64,000 nt of DNA from IMG/VR virus record IMGVR_UViG_2574180019_000006; one strand, 5' to 3'. Positions 19,301-29,429 of the stretch are shown here, in pieces (position 1 is the first letter of the stretch; the number at the start of each line of letters is the position of its first letter). The position numbers were made by a program, and so were the translations under genes. The notes under the pieces are model-generated. The model was not told the DNA's origin and made no database searches. It saw only the letters and a program-made list of their open reading frames with translations. The DNA comes from a virus (taxonomy: Duplodnaviria > Heunggongvirae > Uroviricota > Caudoviricetes).

Positions 19301-21121
19301 GCAATAAAGGCTGCAAGAGATGAAGCGGCGGCTCTTATTGCTAAGGAAAGCGAGGCTCGTGTTGAAGGCGATGCTGCAAACGCTAAACAACTGGAAGTGT
19401 TGCAGTCAACGGTAGAGGAAAGTTCCGCAGCCGTTGAAGAAATGAAAAAGACGGTTGCAGAGGTCGATCGTGCCAGTGCAGAACTGACTACGAACATTGA
19501 AGCGTTAGCTAAAACAAATATTGACCTGGCTCTTCGTCAAGATGAAGACCAGCACAAGCAGATGGTCAATAACGCGAAGATCGCAACAACACAGAAAACC
19601 TTTGCTGATGATATGTCTGCAATGGCCACGAAGGTTGAGGAAATTCGCGTAGAAATTGGCGAAGACATTAAGGCCAGTATTCTGGAAGAGTCCACCGCTC
19701 GTGCCGATGGCGATGAAGCGTTGGCAAAGCGTGTCACTCAGCTGCAATCTAAGTTTGAAGGAGATATCAGCGCGGCGATTAGTACAGAACAGGAGGCTCG
19801 TACATCTGCCGATGAAGCTTTGACGAAACAAATAACTCAGCTTGAGTCGAAAGTAAGCAACGATATTGTCGCAGCCATTAAGGAAGAGCAAGAAGCCCGA
19901 GCAACGGAAGATTCGGCTCTGGCAAGCCAGATCACCCAACTTCAGGCAAAAGTTGATGATGATATTTCTGCTGCAATACGCAGTGAGCAGGAGGCCCGAG
20001 CAAGCGGGGACTCTGCGTTAGCCAAACAAATAAACCAGCTTCAGTCAAAGGTTGACGGTGATATATCCGCTGCCATCACTCAGGAGCAGGAGGCCAGAGC
20101 AAGTGCTGACCAGGCGCTCTCACGAGAAATTAACAGCCTGCGAGCACAAACCGGAACTGATATTGCCGCAGCGGTTGCTGTAGAGACAAAAGCAAGGACT
20201 GATGCCGATAGTGCATTGTCTACCCAGATTACGTCTCTTACAGCAAAAGCTAATGATCTCAAGGCGTCTCTTGCCAGAGAAACAACGGCTCGTGCAGATG
20301 GTGATACCGCTTTAACAAAAGAGGTTTCAAGTTTAAAAGCACAGACAGCGAAAGATATTAGTGCGGCCGTTGCAGTTGAAACGCAGGCTCGAACTGATGC
20401 TGACTCGGCGTTGTCGTCTCAGATCACCAAGCTGACCTCTCAATACAAAGAGGATATTAAAGCGGCTGTAGTAACCGAAACGAAAACGCGTACAGAGCAA
20501 GATGCTGCATTGGCGACTCAAATCACAAACTTAGAGTCTCAAACGGCAGCCAACATTTCCGCGGCGGTCACAACTGAAACGACAGCGAGAACGCGGGCAG
20601 ATAATGCTCTGAGTGGGCGAATCGATACTCTGAAAGCAGAGGTGAATGGAAATACCGCGACAATTCAACAGCAGGCAACAGCTATTGCTGATACCAACAA
20701 AAAAGTGTCAACCGCGTGGACGTTGAAAATGGAGACTTCAACGAGCGGAGGGCAGAAGTATGTTGCCGGTATTGCGCTTGGTATTGACACCACTGGGCTA
20801 TCTCAGTTTTTGGTTCAGGCGGACAGGTTTGGTTTGGTCAACTCTGTTAACGGGAAGATCACAACGCCATTTGTTATCGAAAACAGTATCGCCTATATGA
20901 ATGGAGCGTATATCAAGGATGGCACAATCACCAATGCAAAAGTAGGCGATCTGCAATCTACCAATTTTGTTAGCGGTAGATCTGGATGGCGATTCGGCAA
21001 AAATGGAACGCTTGAGATCAACGGTAATAGCGGCGGCAATGGGCGATTGGTTATAAATGGTCAGCGGATTGACGTTTATGACGATAACAACGTCCTACGA
21101 GTAAGAATTGGCCGTCTGTGA
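16397..21121 (+). CDS. Central tail fibre / host specificity protein (lambda gpJ-like)
   Basis: About 1,574 aa; N-terminal region typical of J-family; central part contains ten tandem 33-aa coiled-coil repeats; follows I-like gene. Confidence 0.75.
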   Translation: MEQFKKKKLPLLIAGAGGKKSKSSSRTPVEADDTVNSRAMAAILDLLGEGVIGGLVNGAKSIFIDDLPILNEDGSSNFSGITWDFRDGSQDQTPMAGFDFVETPKSVNIQLKKTHDVTVSIDNDEADRVRVIMKFPSLRSVDKSSGDTNGTTVKYKFQIANGDATFSDVVAEGEKSVDITLTAKKTGVYYRSYELKLPKPGRAYKVRVIRLTDDNSSQYLYNDTWVDSIGEIVDTPMNYPNSALVGLKVNSEQFGSTMPSRSYLVRGIKIRVPSNYNEYTNTYVGVWDGTFKLLSSSNPAWILYDLLTNTRYGLGQFVSESMIDLGQLYQIGRYCDEEVDDGFGGKEKRFAINTQITSRQDAYRLIQDIAGAFRGMVFWAGGMVNIMQDSPSDPVMMFTNSNVKDGLFTYKGSARKDRPSVALVTYNNKEDGYKQNIEYVEDQDAMRRYGERKTEVVAFGCTSRGQAHRVGLWLLYTARMESDVITFTAGLDASFLMPGETVLIQNKYRAGKRNSGRIVEFTKNSITLDAPVSLAKSGSFIRILNQEGKIVERDVLETGENITKVTFSKALSSAETPVLNGVWTITEPDLEPMRVRIVNIAQGETSGSFDITAVENNPSKYEAIDNGATLIPQNTTVLDPTYSKPSNLQITEGTYLSSPGNLSVKLTATWEGKSPEYWISWRRSDENNVSNWQSARVTEEQYEIVNVAENGRYDFQLYAVSFNGKKTEIISTVYQVLGTMTPPDAPTSLTAVGDYRNVILNWVNPDSVDLDHINVYASQTNNLDTAKLIAESASTTFTHAGLGDSETWYYWVRASNKRGMLSPPNSNLGTEATTRDVLSFLTGKITSSELGQALLEDINSKVSQEAVDELNEHINQSVESLEGAVNDVKEDIAELDKQFSDNLAGFEIKFNERSDALENAQTELKGEVSATIDKVNEAFEKIDATDAAIVEIENTVSEHDKALANTVEAIKAARDEAAALIAKESEARVEGDAANAKQLEVLQSTVEESSAAVEEMKKTVAEVDRASAELTTNIEALAKTNIDLALRQDEDQHKQMVNNAKIATTQKTFADDMSAMATKVEEIRVEIGEDIKASILEESTARADGDEALAKRVTQLQSKFEGDISAAISTEQEARTSADEALTKQITQLESKVSNDIVAAIKEEQEARATEDSALASQITQLQAKVDDDISAAIRSEQEARASGDSALAKQINQLQSKVDGDISAAITQEQEARASADQALSREINSLRAQTGTDIAAAVAVETKARTDADSALSTQITSLTAKANDLKASLARETTARADGDTALTKEVSSLKAQTAKDISAAVAVETQARTDADSALSSQITKLTSQYKEDIKAAVVTETKTRTEQDAALATQITNLESQTAANISAAVTTETTARTRADNALSGRIDTLKAEVNGNTATIQQQATAIADTNKKVSTAWTLKMETSTSGGQKYVAGIALGIDTTGLSQFLVQADRFGLVNSVNGKITTPFVIENSIAYMNGAYIKDGTITNAKVGDLQSTNFVSGRSGWRFGKNGTLEINGNSGGNGRLVINGQRIDVYDDNNVLRVRIGRL
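19661..20650 (+). repeat. Ten tandem 99-bp (33-aa) repeats inside the J-like gene
   Basis: Protein repeat DI.AAI..EQEAR...D.AL..QITQL.SKV.. recurs ten times in register; DNA copies are diverged. Confidence 0.6.
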
Positions 21122-21214
21122 TGGTGGAAAAAAAATTTTATATCGGTAAAAATAGGTAGGTATATACTTAATGGCGGGCAAGGATAGCCCGCCAAATCAA
21201 GGAGCATATTCAAC

Positions 21215-24200
21215 ATGTGGTACAGGGAAGGTACTATCACATTTACACAGGGCAGCAATACTCTGGTTGGGGCAGGGACAGCCTGGAACGTAACAGCTAA
21301 TGGTGTGTTGCCGGGGATGATCGTCATTGGCCCCGACAATAAGCTGTATGAGATCAAGCGCGTAACCAGTGATACGAACATTGTTCTCTCAGAACCTTAT
21401 ACCGGCGAAACTCAGTCTGAAGTTCCGTGCCGAATCATTACGACCTATGAAGGCGACTTAACACAGTTTAGCGCGCGCTTTACTGCGCTAATGTCGCGTA
21501 TGTCGGCTGATTCCAAGTCCATACGCAGTTGGTTGACTGCGCTGGATGAGGTGACAATCGAGCGTGAAGACGGTACAGAAGTGACCGTTAAGCCGCTAAT
21601 GCAGATCGTCAACGAGCACAACGAAAACGTTGAGTGGTATAAAAATAACACTGACGCGATTGATGCTGCTGGCGACAAAGCTCGTGAGGCGGCGGCCAGT
21701 GCTGCCGCAGCAGCAAAAAGCGCCAATGCCGCTGGAGAAAAAGCCTCTCAAGCGTCTCAAAGTGCATCCGCTGCGGCATCCTCACAAAGTGCCGCAAGTG
21801 CGAGTGCAACTGCTGCGAAAAAATCTGAAACGAATGCCGCAGCATCACAAAAATCTGCGGCCACTTCTGCATCCACCGCGACCACGAAAGCGTCAGAAGC
21901 TGCCACCTCAGCCCGGGATGCGTCGGCTTCAAAAGTGGCGGCAAAATCATCAGAAACGAGCGCAGCCTCGAGCGCCGGCAGTGCAGCTTCCTCGGCAACG
22001 GCGGCAGGAAATTCCGCGAAGGCCGCAAAAACGTCTGAGACGAATGCGGATAACAGCGCACAGGCGGCAGCAGACTCACAAACTGCATCGGCAAATTCCG
22101 CGACAGCAGCCAAAAAATCAGAAACCAACGCGAAAAATAGTGAGTCAGCAGCAAAGGTCAGCGAAACCAACGCTAAAGCGTCAGAGAACAAGGCGAAAGA
22201 ATATCTCGACAAGGTCGGGGGACTCGTCAGCCCGATGACGCAATACGATTGGCCCGTTGTTACTGGTAATGAGTCTTTTTACATCAAGATCGCGAAACTT
22301 TCCGATCCCGGAAGCAACAATTGCCATGTAACGCTAATGGTTACTAATGCCGGTAACTACGGCTCCACTTACGGAAACATTGACTTTATCGAGATCTCGG
22401 CGCGCGGTCTACCTTCTTCGCTTACTGCTGATAATGTATCCCGTTACCTGAGTATACGCCGTTTAGGGGCAACCGGGCTGACCGATGACAACCAGATGCG
22501 TTACGGCCTGGTTAAAGGTGATGGCTTTATTGAGGTTTGGGCCCTCCAGCGTGCATTTATCAACGGCGCAAAGGTTGCGGTACTGGCGCAGACGGCACGC
22601 ACGGAATTATACATTCCAGACGGATTTGTTAAGCAAACCGCCGCGCCTTCTGGATATGTTGAAGGCAACGTTGTAAGGATTTACGACCAGGTAAACAAGC
22701 CGACTAAAGCAGATTTGGGTCTTTCTAATGCTATGCTTACAGGCGCTTTCGGTCTTGGCGGTAGCGGGATAGCAACAACCGGCAAGATGAGCGATGTAGA
22801 GATCTTAAAAGCTCTGCGTGACAAAGGTGGTCATTTCTGGCGCGGTGATAAGCCGACCGGAAGTACGGCGACCATTTATAGCCACGGTTCTGGTATATTC
22901 TCGCGGTGCGGCGATACGTGGTCAGCGATCAATATCGACTACTCAAGCGGGAATGTTAAGGTATACGCTGGAAATGATAGAGGTCTTGACGGCGGGACTT
23001 TTAAAGTTAATCAGCTATACGGCTCGGCAAACAAGCCGTCGAAATCGGATGTTGGACTTGGCAACGTAACGAACGATGCGCAGGTAAAAAAAACCGGCGA
23101 TACAATGACCGGTGGGCTTACTTTTGCAAACGACTCAATCCTTGCCTGGATTCGGAATACTGACTGGGCGAAGATTGGATTTAAAAATGATGCCGATGGT
23201 GACACTGATTCATACATGTGGTTTGAAACAGGCGACAACGGCAATGAATATTTCAAATGGAGAAGCCGCCAGAGCACCACAACAAAAGACCTGATGAATC
23301 TTAAATGGGATGCTTTGTCTGTTCTTGTTAAAGCCCTTTTCAGCAGTGAAGTAAAAATATCGACAGTCAATGCACTGAGGATTTTTAATTCATCCTTTGG
23401 TGCTATTTTTCGCCGTTCTGAAGAAAGCCTGTATATCATCCCTACACGAGAAAATGAGGGTGAAAATGGAGATATTGGGCCATTAAGGCCATTCAACATC
23501 AACTTAAGAACAGGAGTTGTGTCTGTTGGTCATGGACTAAATGTTACTGGTGGCGTTAATGGTAGTTTGAACGGTAATGCTTCAACAGCTACGAAGTTGC
23601 AGACTGCGCGTACTATTAATGGGGTGTCGTTTGACGGTTCTAAAAACATTGAGCTAACTCCAAGGTCTATAGGAACGATCAACTCAGCAACAATGTCTTT
23701 TAGTGGTGGTGCCGGATGGTTCAAGCTGGCAACTGTAACCATGCCACAGGCCAGTTCCGTGGTTTACATAAGCCTGATTGGTGGTGCAGGGTATAACGTT
23801 GGCTCCCCGCAGCAAGCAGGCATCTCTGAGCTGGTTCTGCGTGCCGGAAATGGAAATCCAAAGGGTATTACTGGTGCATTATGGCGACGGACATCGGTTG
23901 GATTTACTAATTTTGCATGGGTGAATACATCCGGTGATACCTATGACATTTATGTAGAAATAGGTAATTACGCCACAGGTGTTAATATCCAGTGGGATTA
24001 TACAAAGGATGCAACTGTACAAATTCATACATCACCAACTTATACAGCGAATAAACCAACTGGTCTTACTGATGGAACGGTATATGTCATTTACAGTTCG
24101 CACATTAAACCGACCGCCACGGATGTCGGCGCATTACCAATAACCGGAGGAAATCTCAACGGCGGTTTAACGGCTACTGGTGAGATCATTTCAAAATCGG

Positions 24201-25573
24201 CGAATGGTCTGCGCATTGCCTACGGAAACTACGGATTCTTTATCCGAAACGATGGTTCAAACACATACTTCATGTTGACCGATTCGGGTAACAGCCTGGG
24301 AACCTATAATAGGTTAAGGCCGCTTATCATTAACAATGCCAATGGTGCTGTTACGATCGGTAATGGACTCAATGTTACTGGCGGCATCAATGGTAGTTTG
24401 AACGGTAATGCTGCAACTGCAACAAAACTGCAAACAGCACGCACAATAGGCGGCGTGTCATTCGATGGCTCCGCCAATATCAACCTGCCGGGTGTAAACA
24501 TTGCTGGTAACCAGAACACAACCGGTAATGCAGCGACAGCGACCAAGTTACAAACTGCTAGAACTATAAATGGGGTGTCGTTTGATGGTTCTAAAAATAT
24601 TGAGCTAACGGCGGAAGATTTAAATCTTGAGCAAACTGTAGAATTAGCCGCAGGAGCATTGCAGAAAAACCAGAACGGCGCAGATATACCGGGAAAAGAT
24701 ACCTTCACAAAAAATATTGGTGCATGTCGCGCTTTTCACAGTGCTATTAGTACAGGGGCAGGGAACTGGACAACGGCACAATTGATTGAATGGCTGGATT
24801 CTCAAGGGGCATTCAATCACCCATACTGGATGTGCAAATGTTCATGGTCATACGGCAATAATAAAATTATTACCGATACTGGCTGTGGAACTATTCATCT
24901 TGCAGGTTGCGTTATTGAGGTTATGGGTAATAAAGGTGCCATGACCATCCGTGTAACCACCCCGAGCACTTCCAGCGGTGGCGGAACTACTAATGCACAA
25001 TTCACTTATATTAATCATGGTGATGCTTATGCTCCTGGCTGGCGACGAGACTACAACACGAAAAACCAGCAGCCTGCATTTGCTTTAGGGAAAACAGGAG
25101 GCACTGTCGGAAATGATAAAGCTGTTGGCTGGAACTGGAATAGCGGGGTCTATAACGCAAATATTGGTGGCGCAACGACATTAATCCTCCATTTCAATAT
25201 GAGCGAGGGGAGTTGCCCTGCCGTACAGTTCCGTGTGAATTATAAGAACGGCGGTATTTTTTATCGTTCAGCACGTGATGGTTATGGCTTTGAAGCTAAC
25301 TGGTCAGAGTTTTACACCACAACACGCAAACCCTCTGCGGGAGATGTTGGTGCATATACGCAGGCAGAATGTAACTCAAGGTTTATTACAGGTATTCGCC
25401 TTGGCGGTCTGTCATCTGTTCAGACATGGAATGGTCCTGGCTGGTCTGACAGGTCAGGTTATGTCGTTACAGGTTCAGTTAACGGAAACCGTGATGAATT
25501 AATTGATACAACTCAGGCAAGGCCAATTCAGTATTGCATTAATGGAACGTGGTATAACGCGGGGAGTATTTAA
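21215..25573 (+). CDS. Side tail fibre protein
   Basis: 1,452 aa; Ala/Ser/Thr/Lys-rich low-complexity N-terminal region (SETNA quasi-repeats); three copies of the tail-fibre repeat [33 protein letters not shown]; followed by a fibre assembly gene. Confidence 0.7.
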   Translation: MWYREGTITFTQGSNTLVGAGTAWNVTANGVLPGMIVIGPDNKLYEIKRVTSDTNIVLSEPYTGETQSEVPCRIITTYEGDLTQFSARFTALMSRMSADSKSIRSWLTALDEVTIEREDGTEVTVKPLMQIVNEHNENVEWYKNNTDAIDAAGDKAREAAASAAAAAKSANAAGEKASQASQSASAAASSQSAASASATAAKKSETNAAASQKSAATSASTATTKASEAATSARDASASKVAAKSSETSAASSAGSAASSATAAGNSAKAAKTSETNADNSAQAAADSQTASANSATAAKKSETNAKNSESAAKVSETNAKASENKAKEYLDKVGGLVSPMTQYDWPVVTGNESFYIKIAKLSDPGSNNCHVTLMVTNAGNYGSTYGNIDFIEISARGLPSSLTADNVSRYLSIRRLGATGLTDDNQMRYGLVKGDGFIEVWALQRAFINGAKVAVLAQTARTELYIPDGFVKQTAAPSGYVEGNVVRIYDQVNKPTKADLGLSNAMLTGAFGLGGSGIATTGKMSDVEILKALRDKGGHFWRGDKPTGSTATIYSHGSGIFSRCGDTWSAINIDYSSGNVKVYAGNDRGLDGGTFKVNQLYGSANKPSKSDVGLGNVTNDAQVKKTGDTMTGGLTFANDSILAWIRNTDWAKIGFKNDADGDTDSYMWFETGDNGNEYFKWRSRQSTTTKDLMNLKWDALSVLVKALFSSEVKISTVNALRIFNSSFGAIFRRSEESLYIIPTRENEGENGDIGPLRPFNINLRTGVVSVGHGLNVTGGVNGSLNGNASTATKLQTARTINGVSFDGSKNIELTPRSIGTINSATMSFSGGAGWFKLATVTMPQASSVVYISLIGGAGYNVGSPQQAGISELVLRAGNGNPKGITGALWRRTSVGFTNFAWVNTSGDTYDIYVEIGNYATGVNIQWDYTKDATVQIHTSPTYTANKPTGLTDGTVYVIYSSHIKPTATDVGALPITGGNLNGGLTATGEIISKSANGLRIAYGNYGFFIRNDGSNTYFMLTDSGNSLGTYNRLRPLIINNANGAVTIGNGLNVTGGINGSLNGNAATATKLQTARTIGGVSFDGSANINLPGVNIAGNQNTTGNAATATKLQTARTINGVSFDGSKNIELTAEDLNLEQTVELAAGALQKNQNGADIPGKDTFTKNIGACRAFHSAISTGAGNWTTAQLIEWLDSQGAFNHPYWMCKCSWSYGNNKIITDTGCGTIHLAGCVIEVMGNKGAMTIRVTTPSTSSGGGTTNAQFTYINHGDAYAPGWRRDYNTKNQQPAFALGKTGGTVGNDKAVGWNWNSGVYNANIGGATTLILHFNMSEGSCPAVQFRVNYKNGGIFYRSARDGYGFEANWSEFYTTTRKPSAGDVGAYTQAECNSRFITGIRLGGLSSVQTWNGPGWSDRSGYVVTGSVNGNRDELIDTTQARPIQYCINGTWYNAGSI

Positions 25574-25575
25574 TT

Positions 25576-26103
25576 ATGATGCACTTAAAAAATATTACTG
25601 CTGGCAACCCTAAAACAAAAGAGCAATACCAGCTAACGAAACGATTTAACATCAAATGGCTTTATACAGAGGATGGGAAGAACTGGTATGAGGAACAAAA
25701 GAACTTTCAGCCTGATACGTTGAAAATGGTATATGACCACAACGACGTTATTATTTGTATTGAAAAGGATGTTTCAGCAATTAATCCAGAAGGCGCAAGC
25801 GTCGTTGAATTACCTGATATTACAGCAAATCGCCGGGCTGATATTTCGGGTAAATGGATGTTCAAGGACGGAGCTGTGGTTAAACGGATTTATACGGCAG
25901 ACGAGCAACAACAACAGGCCGAATCACAAAAGGCCGCGTTGCTTTCTGAAGCTGAAAGCGTTATTCAGCCACTGGAACGCGCTGTCAGGCTGAATATGGC
26001 GACGGATGAGGAGCGTACACGACTGGAGTCATGGGAACGCTACAGCGTTCTGGTCAACCGTGTGGATACAGCAAAGCCCGAATGGCCACAAAAGCCTGAA
26101 TAA
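25576..26103 (+). CDS. Tail fibre assembly protein (Tfa-like)
   Basis: 175 aa immediately downstream of the tail fibre gene; N-terminal region typical of Tfa chaperones. Confidence 0.7.
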   Translation: MMHLKNITAGNPKTKEQYQLTKRFNIKWLYTEDGKNWYEEQKNFQPDTLKMVYDHNDVIICIEKDVSAINPEGASVVELPDITANRRADISGKWMFKDGAVVKRIYTADEQQQQAESQKAALLSEAESVIQPLERAVRLNMATDEERTRLESWERYSVLVNRVDTAKPEWPQKPE

Positions 26104-26108
26104 AAATT

Positions 26109-26135
26109 AAGGCCCGCTATCGGGCCTTGTCTCAT
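26109..26135 (+). terminator. Probable terminator after tail module
   Basis: Hairpin AAGGCCCG-ctat-CGGGCCTT followed by a weak T-rich tract. Confidence 0.45.
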
Positions 26136-26265
26136 TCATCATATTCAGCAATTGACCAAAAGGGTTGAGGAGCTTGAAACGAAGTTAAATTCACCTAAAG
26201 AATAAACAACTTCAATCGGGGCTGGAGCTAAACCAGCCCCTGCTTAAAAGTATAAGGATATATTT

Positions 26266-26520
26266 ATGAGCTATGGTGCACAGGTTTGGTCGCCATCAAG
26301 ACAGGAGATGGTCAATGCGTTGGCCCCTGTTTATTACCTCGATTATTTTACTCCCTCTGGTTCAGGAAGTAGAACATATGAGGTTGAGGCGGGATTGGGA
26401 ATCGACTATTACATAATGGACGTAACCAATGGAAAATACACAAGTCTTACGGTTTCTGGAAATACCATTTCGTGGTCTGGAGCTAGTGGCAATTTAAACA
26501 TATTGGTTTTTCAAAAATAA
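26266..26520 (+). CDS. Hypothetical protein
   Basis: 84-aa ORF after the tail module. Confidence 0.35.
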   Translation: MSYGAQVWSPSRQEMVNALAPVYYLDYFTPSGSGSRTYEVEAGLGIDYYIMDVTNGKYTSLTVSGNTISWSGASGNLNILVFQK

Positions 26521-27128
26521 TGTACGGAAGCAAGATATATCGATCTGACGGGAAGGTCTGGATGTCTCCTTCTTTGTCTCCTATCGTTTTTCAGAGAAAG
26601 CAGGTTGTTTCTTTGTCTGGCGGGACAGAGTTTAACACCCAAATATCTCCAGATCGTTCACCGATGATTTTTGTTGCCTATTCGAAAGCTGTTTCATTAA
26701 TAGCCAACAGAATAGTGCGTAATAACCAGGTGATTTACAGTTTCGGAGGTCGGGGTAGCGACTCTAGTGCCACGATATACGTATTTTCGAAAGGTATAGC
26801 CAAAAAAGAAACTTGGGGCATGAGTTTTTTCAATGCACAAGGGGAGGAAATCTATAATACGGCAAATATCCCACTTTCATTTACCTTTCTTAATAATACG
26901 GAGTGGAACAGCTCTGGAGGGCATGTTTTTGATTACCCTCCAGCGATAATCCCAACATATGCGAATGTGTCCGCTGTTCCAGTACCGGGCGGAGCCATGA
27001 CAATGGTTTATGGATATGCGGCATATGGAAATACTGTTAGCTCGATATTCGTAAACCAACTTAATGGCGGCCATAGTTTTAGCGTAAATGGCAGAGTACC
27101 GGTAATAAATAGAAATCTGTATAACTGA
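26520..27128 (+). CDS. Hypothetical protein
   Basis: 202-aa ORF whose start overlaps the previous stop. Confidence 0.35.
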   Translation: MYGSKIYRSDGKVWMSPSLSPIVFQRKQVVSLSGGTEFNTQISPDRSPMIFVAYSKAVSLIANRIVRNNQVIYSFGGRGSDSSATIYVFSKGIAKKETWGMSFFNAQGEEIYNTANIPLSFTFLNNTEWNSSGGHVFDYPPAIIPTYANVSAVPVPGGAMTMVYGYAAYGNTVSSIFVNQLNGGHSFSVNGRVPVINRNLYN

Positions 27129-27135
27129 TGAGTAA

Positions 27136-27369
27136 ATGATGAAAAGATTATTTCTAACAATAGCTGTTGTTCTCTCTCTTACTGGCTGCCAGAAATTGCC
27201 GACACCTATATGTTACGGTGAGGCTATCATTGGTGGACAGGAGACAGTCATACCCATATATGCTGTTAAAAAAGTGAACAACTATACCTTATACAAAGCG
27301 GGTAGCATCTATAACTGGCGATGGGTAGGAGTAGGTGCTTTCTCATCAGTCCGTTGCAATGCTGAATGA
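27136..27369 (+). CDS. Small lipoprotein (possible Cor-like superinfection exclusion protein)
   Basis: 77 aa with signal peptide and lipobox LSLTGC; small lipoprotein downstream of tail fibre genes, as for Cor-type proteins (inference from position and size). Confidence 0.4.
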   Translation: MMKRLFLTIAVVLSLTGCQKLPTPICYGEAIIGGQETVIPIYAVKKVNNYTLYKAGSIYNWRWVGVGAFSSVRCNAE

Positions 27370-27438
27370 TAGGTAAGTACACACCTACAACAAAAGGGTG
27401 AAATGTGATATAAATCCGCCATCCCGATTTGACTTTTC

Positions 27439-27774
27439 ATGGAGGAAAACATGTCGAACGAGATGGCGGGCGTTACAACAGAGCAAGTTGAGCGTATTGC
27501 CGCGATCGTTGCTCGGGAGGTTGTTGGCAAATTAGGTAAAGAGCTACGTGAAGAAATTGGCCAGGAGGTCAACGATCAGCTGAAAACCTACTTTGGTGAT
27601 ATGACCCCGGCGCAACATAGTATTCAACACTCCAACCTGGACAAACTCCTTAACCGGTTAGATTCCATCTCAAGTGGGTTCTTTGGCGGCATTGTTTCTA
27701 AAATAACGTCGTTCATTATTACCGCACTGCTTTTGGGGTTAGCCGCGTATGGCGTAAAAAATGGACTGCAATAA
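27439..27774 (+). CDS. Membrane protein, possible holin-like
   Basis: 111 aa with one C-terminal hydrophobic segment (ITSFIITALLLGLAAYGV); first gene of the putative lysis region. Confidence 0.3.
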   Translation: MEENMSNEMAGVTTEQVERIAAIVAREVVGKLGKELREEIGQEVNDQLKTYFGDMTPAQHSIQHSNLDKLLNRLDSISSGFFGGIVSKITSFIITALLLGLAAYGVKNGLQ

Positions 27775-27787
27775 CAGGAGATCAAGG

Positions 27788-28480
27788 ATGAAGACTCCGA
27801 GAGGTATTCGTAATAATAACCCCGGTAATCTTGATAAAGGATCACCGTGGCAAGGTCTGGTTGCGAATCCAGACGAACCGCGCTTTTGCACGTTTAAAGA
27901 CCCTGTTTGGGGGATTCGTGCACTGGCGGTGACTCTAATTACCTACCACGACAAGCGTCGCGCAAAAGACGGCTCAAGTATCGATACCATTCGTGAAGTT
28001 ATTGAACGTTGGGCACCGCCGAATGAAAACAATACTGACGCCTACATTAATGAGGTGTCTAAAGCCGTTGGTGTAACCGCAGACATGATTATCGATCTGC
28101 ATGATTACGACATTCTTCGACCTTTGGTTGAGGCAATCATTCGCCATGAGAATGGGCGAGGTCCGCTAAAAACGCTGAACACCTGGTATGCGGCAGAAGT
28201 TATTGAGGAAGGTCTGCGTCGAGCTGGCGTTGTTAAGCCGGTGAAAACCGTGAAGGCTGTTCCTGTAACTAAAGAAACCGCAGGCGCAACTGTTACAGCA
28301 GGTATTGGTCTGGCGCAGCTGGCCGATGTTATGCCGCAGGTTTCCGCTGCTATGGATAAAGCACAAGGTCATATCTCTAGCGGGGATACAGTACGCATCA
28401 TCTTCGGTATTGCCACTATTGTTGTGGCAGGATTCATTGCCTGGTCGCAGGTAAGAAAACACCAGAAAGGGATGGTCTAA
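27788..28480 (+). CDS. Lysis-region protein, possible cell-wall hydrolase with C-terminal membrane anchor
   Basis: ATG 27788 after RBS CAGGAG; conserved-looking N-terminal motif GIRNNNPGNL; C-terminal TM segment; lies between the holin-like gene and the spanin pair. Enzymatic fold not recognised by eye. Confidence 0.3.
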   Translation: MKTPRGIRNNNPGNLDKGSPWQGLVANPDEPRFCTFKDPVWGIRALAVTLITYHDKRRAKDGSSIDTIREVIERWAPPNENNTDAYINEVSKAVGVTADMIIDLHDYDILRPLVEAIIRHENGRGPLKTLNTWYAAEVIEEGLRRAGVVKPVKTVKAVPVTKETAGATVTAGIGLAQLADVMPQVSAAMDKAQGHISSGDTVRIIFGIATIVVAGFIAWSQVRKHQKGMV

Positions 28481-28481
28481 T

Positions 28482-28733
28482 ATGCTAGGCAGCCTGATGA
28501 CAAAGCTAAAAGTTGCTTTGATTACGCTGGCTGCCGTTCTTTTCGTTCTTGTCGGCGCTTACACGATGGGCGGGAATGCGGCGCGACGAGCAATGGAAGA
28601 GAAGGCAAAACAGGAAGACAGAAAACGACTTCAAAGCACAGTGGAAGTGGTGAATGAGACGAGCAATAAAATACGTCAGAAAGATGCTTCTGCCGTTCAT
28701 CGTGAGTTGTATGATAAGTGGGTGCGTCATTAA
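28482..28733 (+). CDS. Inner-membrane spanin (Rz-like)
   Basis: 83 aa with N-terminal TM helix then charged coiled-coil segment; a lipoprotein ORF overlaps in another frame. Confidence 0.5.
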   Translation: MLGSLMTKLKVALITLAAVLFVLVGAYTMGGNAARRAMEEKAKQEDRKRLQSTVEVVNETSNKIRQKDASAVHRELYDKWVRH

Positions 28734-28869
28734 ACCACAAACCGCCAGCGTATTGTTCTGCGATGGAGCTGGGCCTATCTATATCAGCAATAATGATGTG
28801 ATGACCGAAGAAACCGAACGCCAAATCCTTTTTCACAATACGATGGGAGAGAGAGTTTGCGGTTGGTGA
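28684..28869 (+). CDS. Outer-membrane lipoprotein spanin (Rz1-like)
   Basis: Starts inside the Rz-like gene in a different frame; signal peptide plus lipobox ISGC; 61 aa. Confidence 0.5.
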   Translation: MLLPFIVSCMISGCVIKPQTASVLFCDGAGPIYISNNDVMTEETERQILFHNTMGERVCGW

Positions 28870-28900
28870 TGCGAAGTTCCCCTCACTTGAGGGGAGTACA

Positions 28901-29422
28901 TTATTCTTCGAACAATTTTTCGATAGATTTTGTAGGATAGAACAAAGAACGCTCGTTGTTACCAACCAGCTGGATAAAGTCTAAACTTTTATAAAACGCC
29001 TTGGCTTTGTCATTTAACGCCTCAACGAAAAGTCCATGAATGCCTACAGCAAGAGATGCATTGTACACAACGCGCATTGCATGTGTTACAAGCATTGAGC
29101 CAAATCCTTGACCTTGAAGGGACTTGTCCAAAGCCAGCCTACCCAAAGTAACACTTGGAACATTCCGATAAGGTACCTTCTTTTGCTGGCTTCTTGAAGG
29201 TAAGGACTCCTTTTCAAAGCAGCTACCTGACAAAGTGTAATACCCTAACACTTTTGGTCTGCCTTCTTTCGTGCAAAGCACATAAGCGCGAAGAATTTTT
29301 CCCTCATGCTGCCTTTTTAAGTGGTTGGTTAAAAAGGCATTTAGTGATTCTTCACCGCAATCAAAACCATTCAAATCATAATGTTTCTCTCCAGAGAAAA
29401 TTTCTATCTTTATATTATCCAC
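28901..29422 (-). CDS. GNAT-family acetyltransferase toxin (TacT/KacT-like)
   Basis: 173 aa with GNAT acetyl-CoA-binding motif (LGRLALDKSLQGQGFGSMLV); directly downstream of a DUF1778-type antitoxin on the same strand. Confidence 0.7.
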   Translation of the reverse strand: MDNIKIEIFSGEKHYDLNGFDCGEESLNAFLTNHLKRQHEGKILRAYVLCTKEGRPKVLGYYTLSGSCFEKESLPSRSQQKKVPYRNVPSVTLGRLALDKSLQGQGFGSMLVTHAMRVVYNASLAVGIHGLFVEALNDKAKAFYKSLDFIQLVGNNERSLFYPTKSIEKLFEE

Positions 29423-29429
29423 GAGTAAA

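Noticed and set aside
21609-22238. Three long ORFs (21609..22154 -, 21630..22238 +, 21757..22212 -) overlapping the tail fibre gene
   Set aside because: They arise from the Ala/Ser-rich GC-biased low-complexity segment, which is open in several frames; their translations are Pro/Arg/Gln or Ala-rich nonsense and they lie wholly inside a well-supported long gene.
26217-26240. Hairpin GGGGCTGG-agctaaa-CCAGCCCC as a second terminator after the tail module
   Set aside because: It is not followed by a T-tract, so it is not called as an intrinsic terminator; it may still be an RNA structural element.
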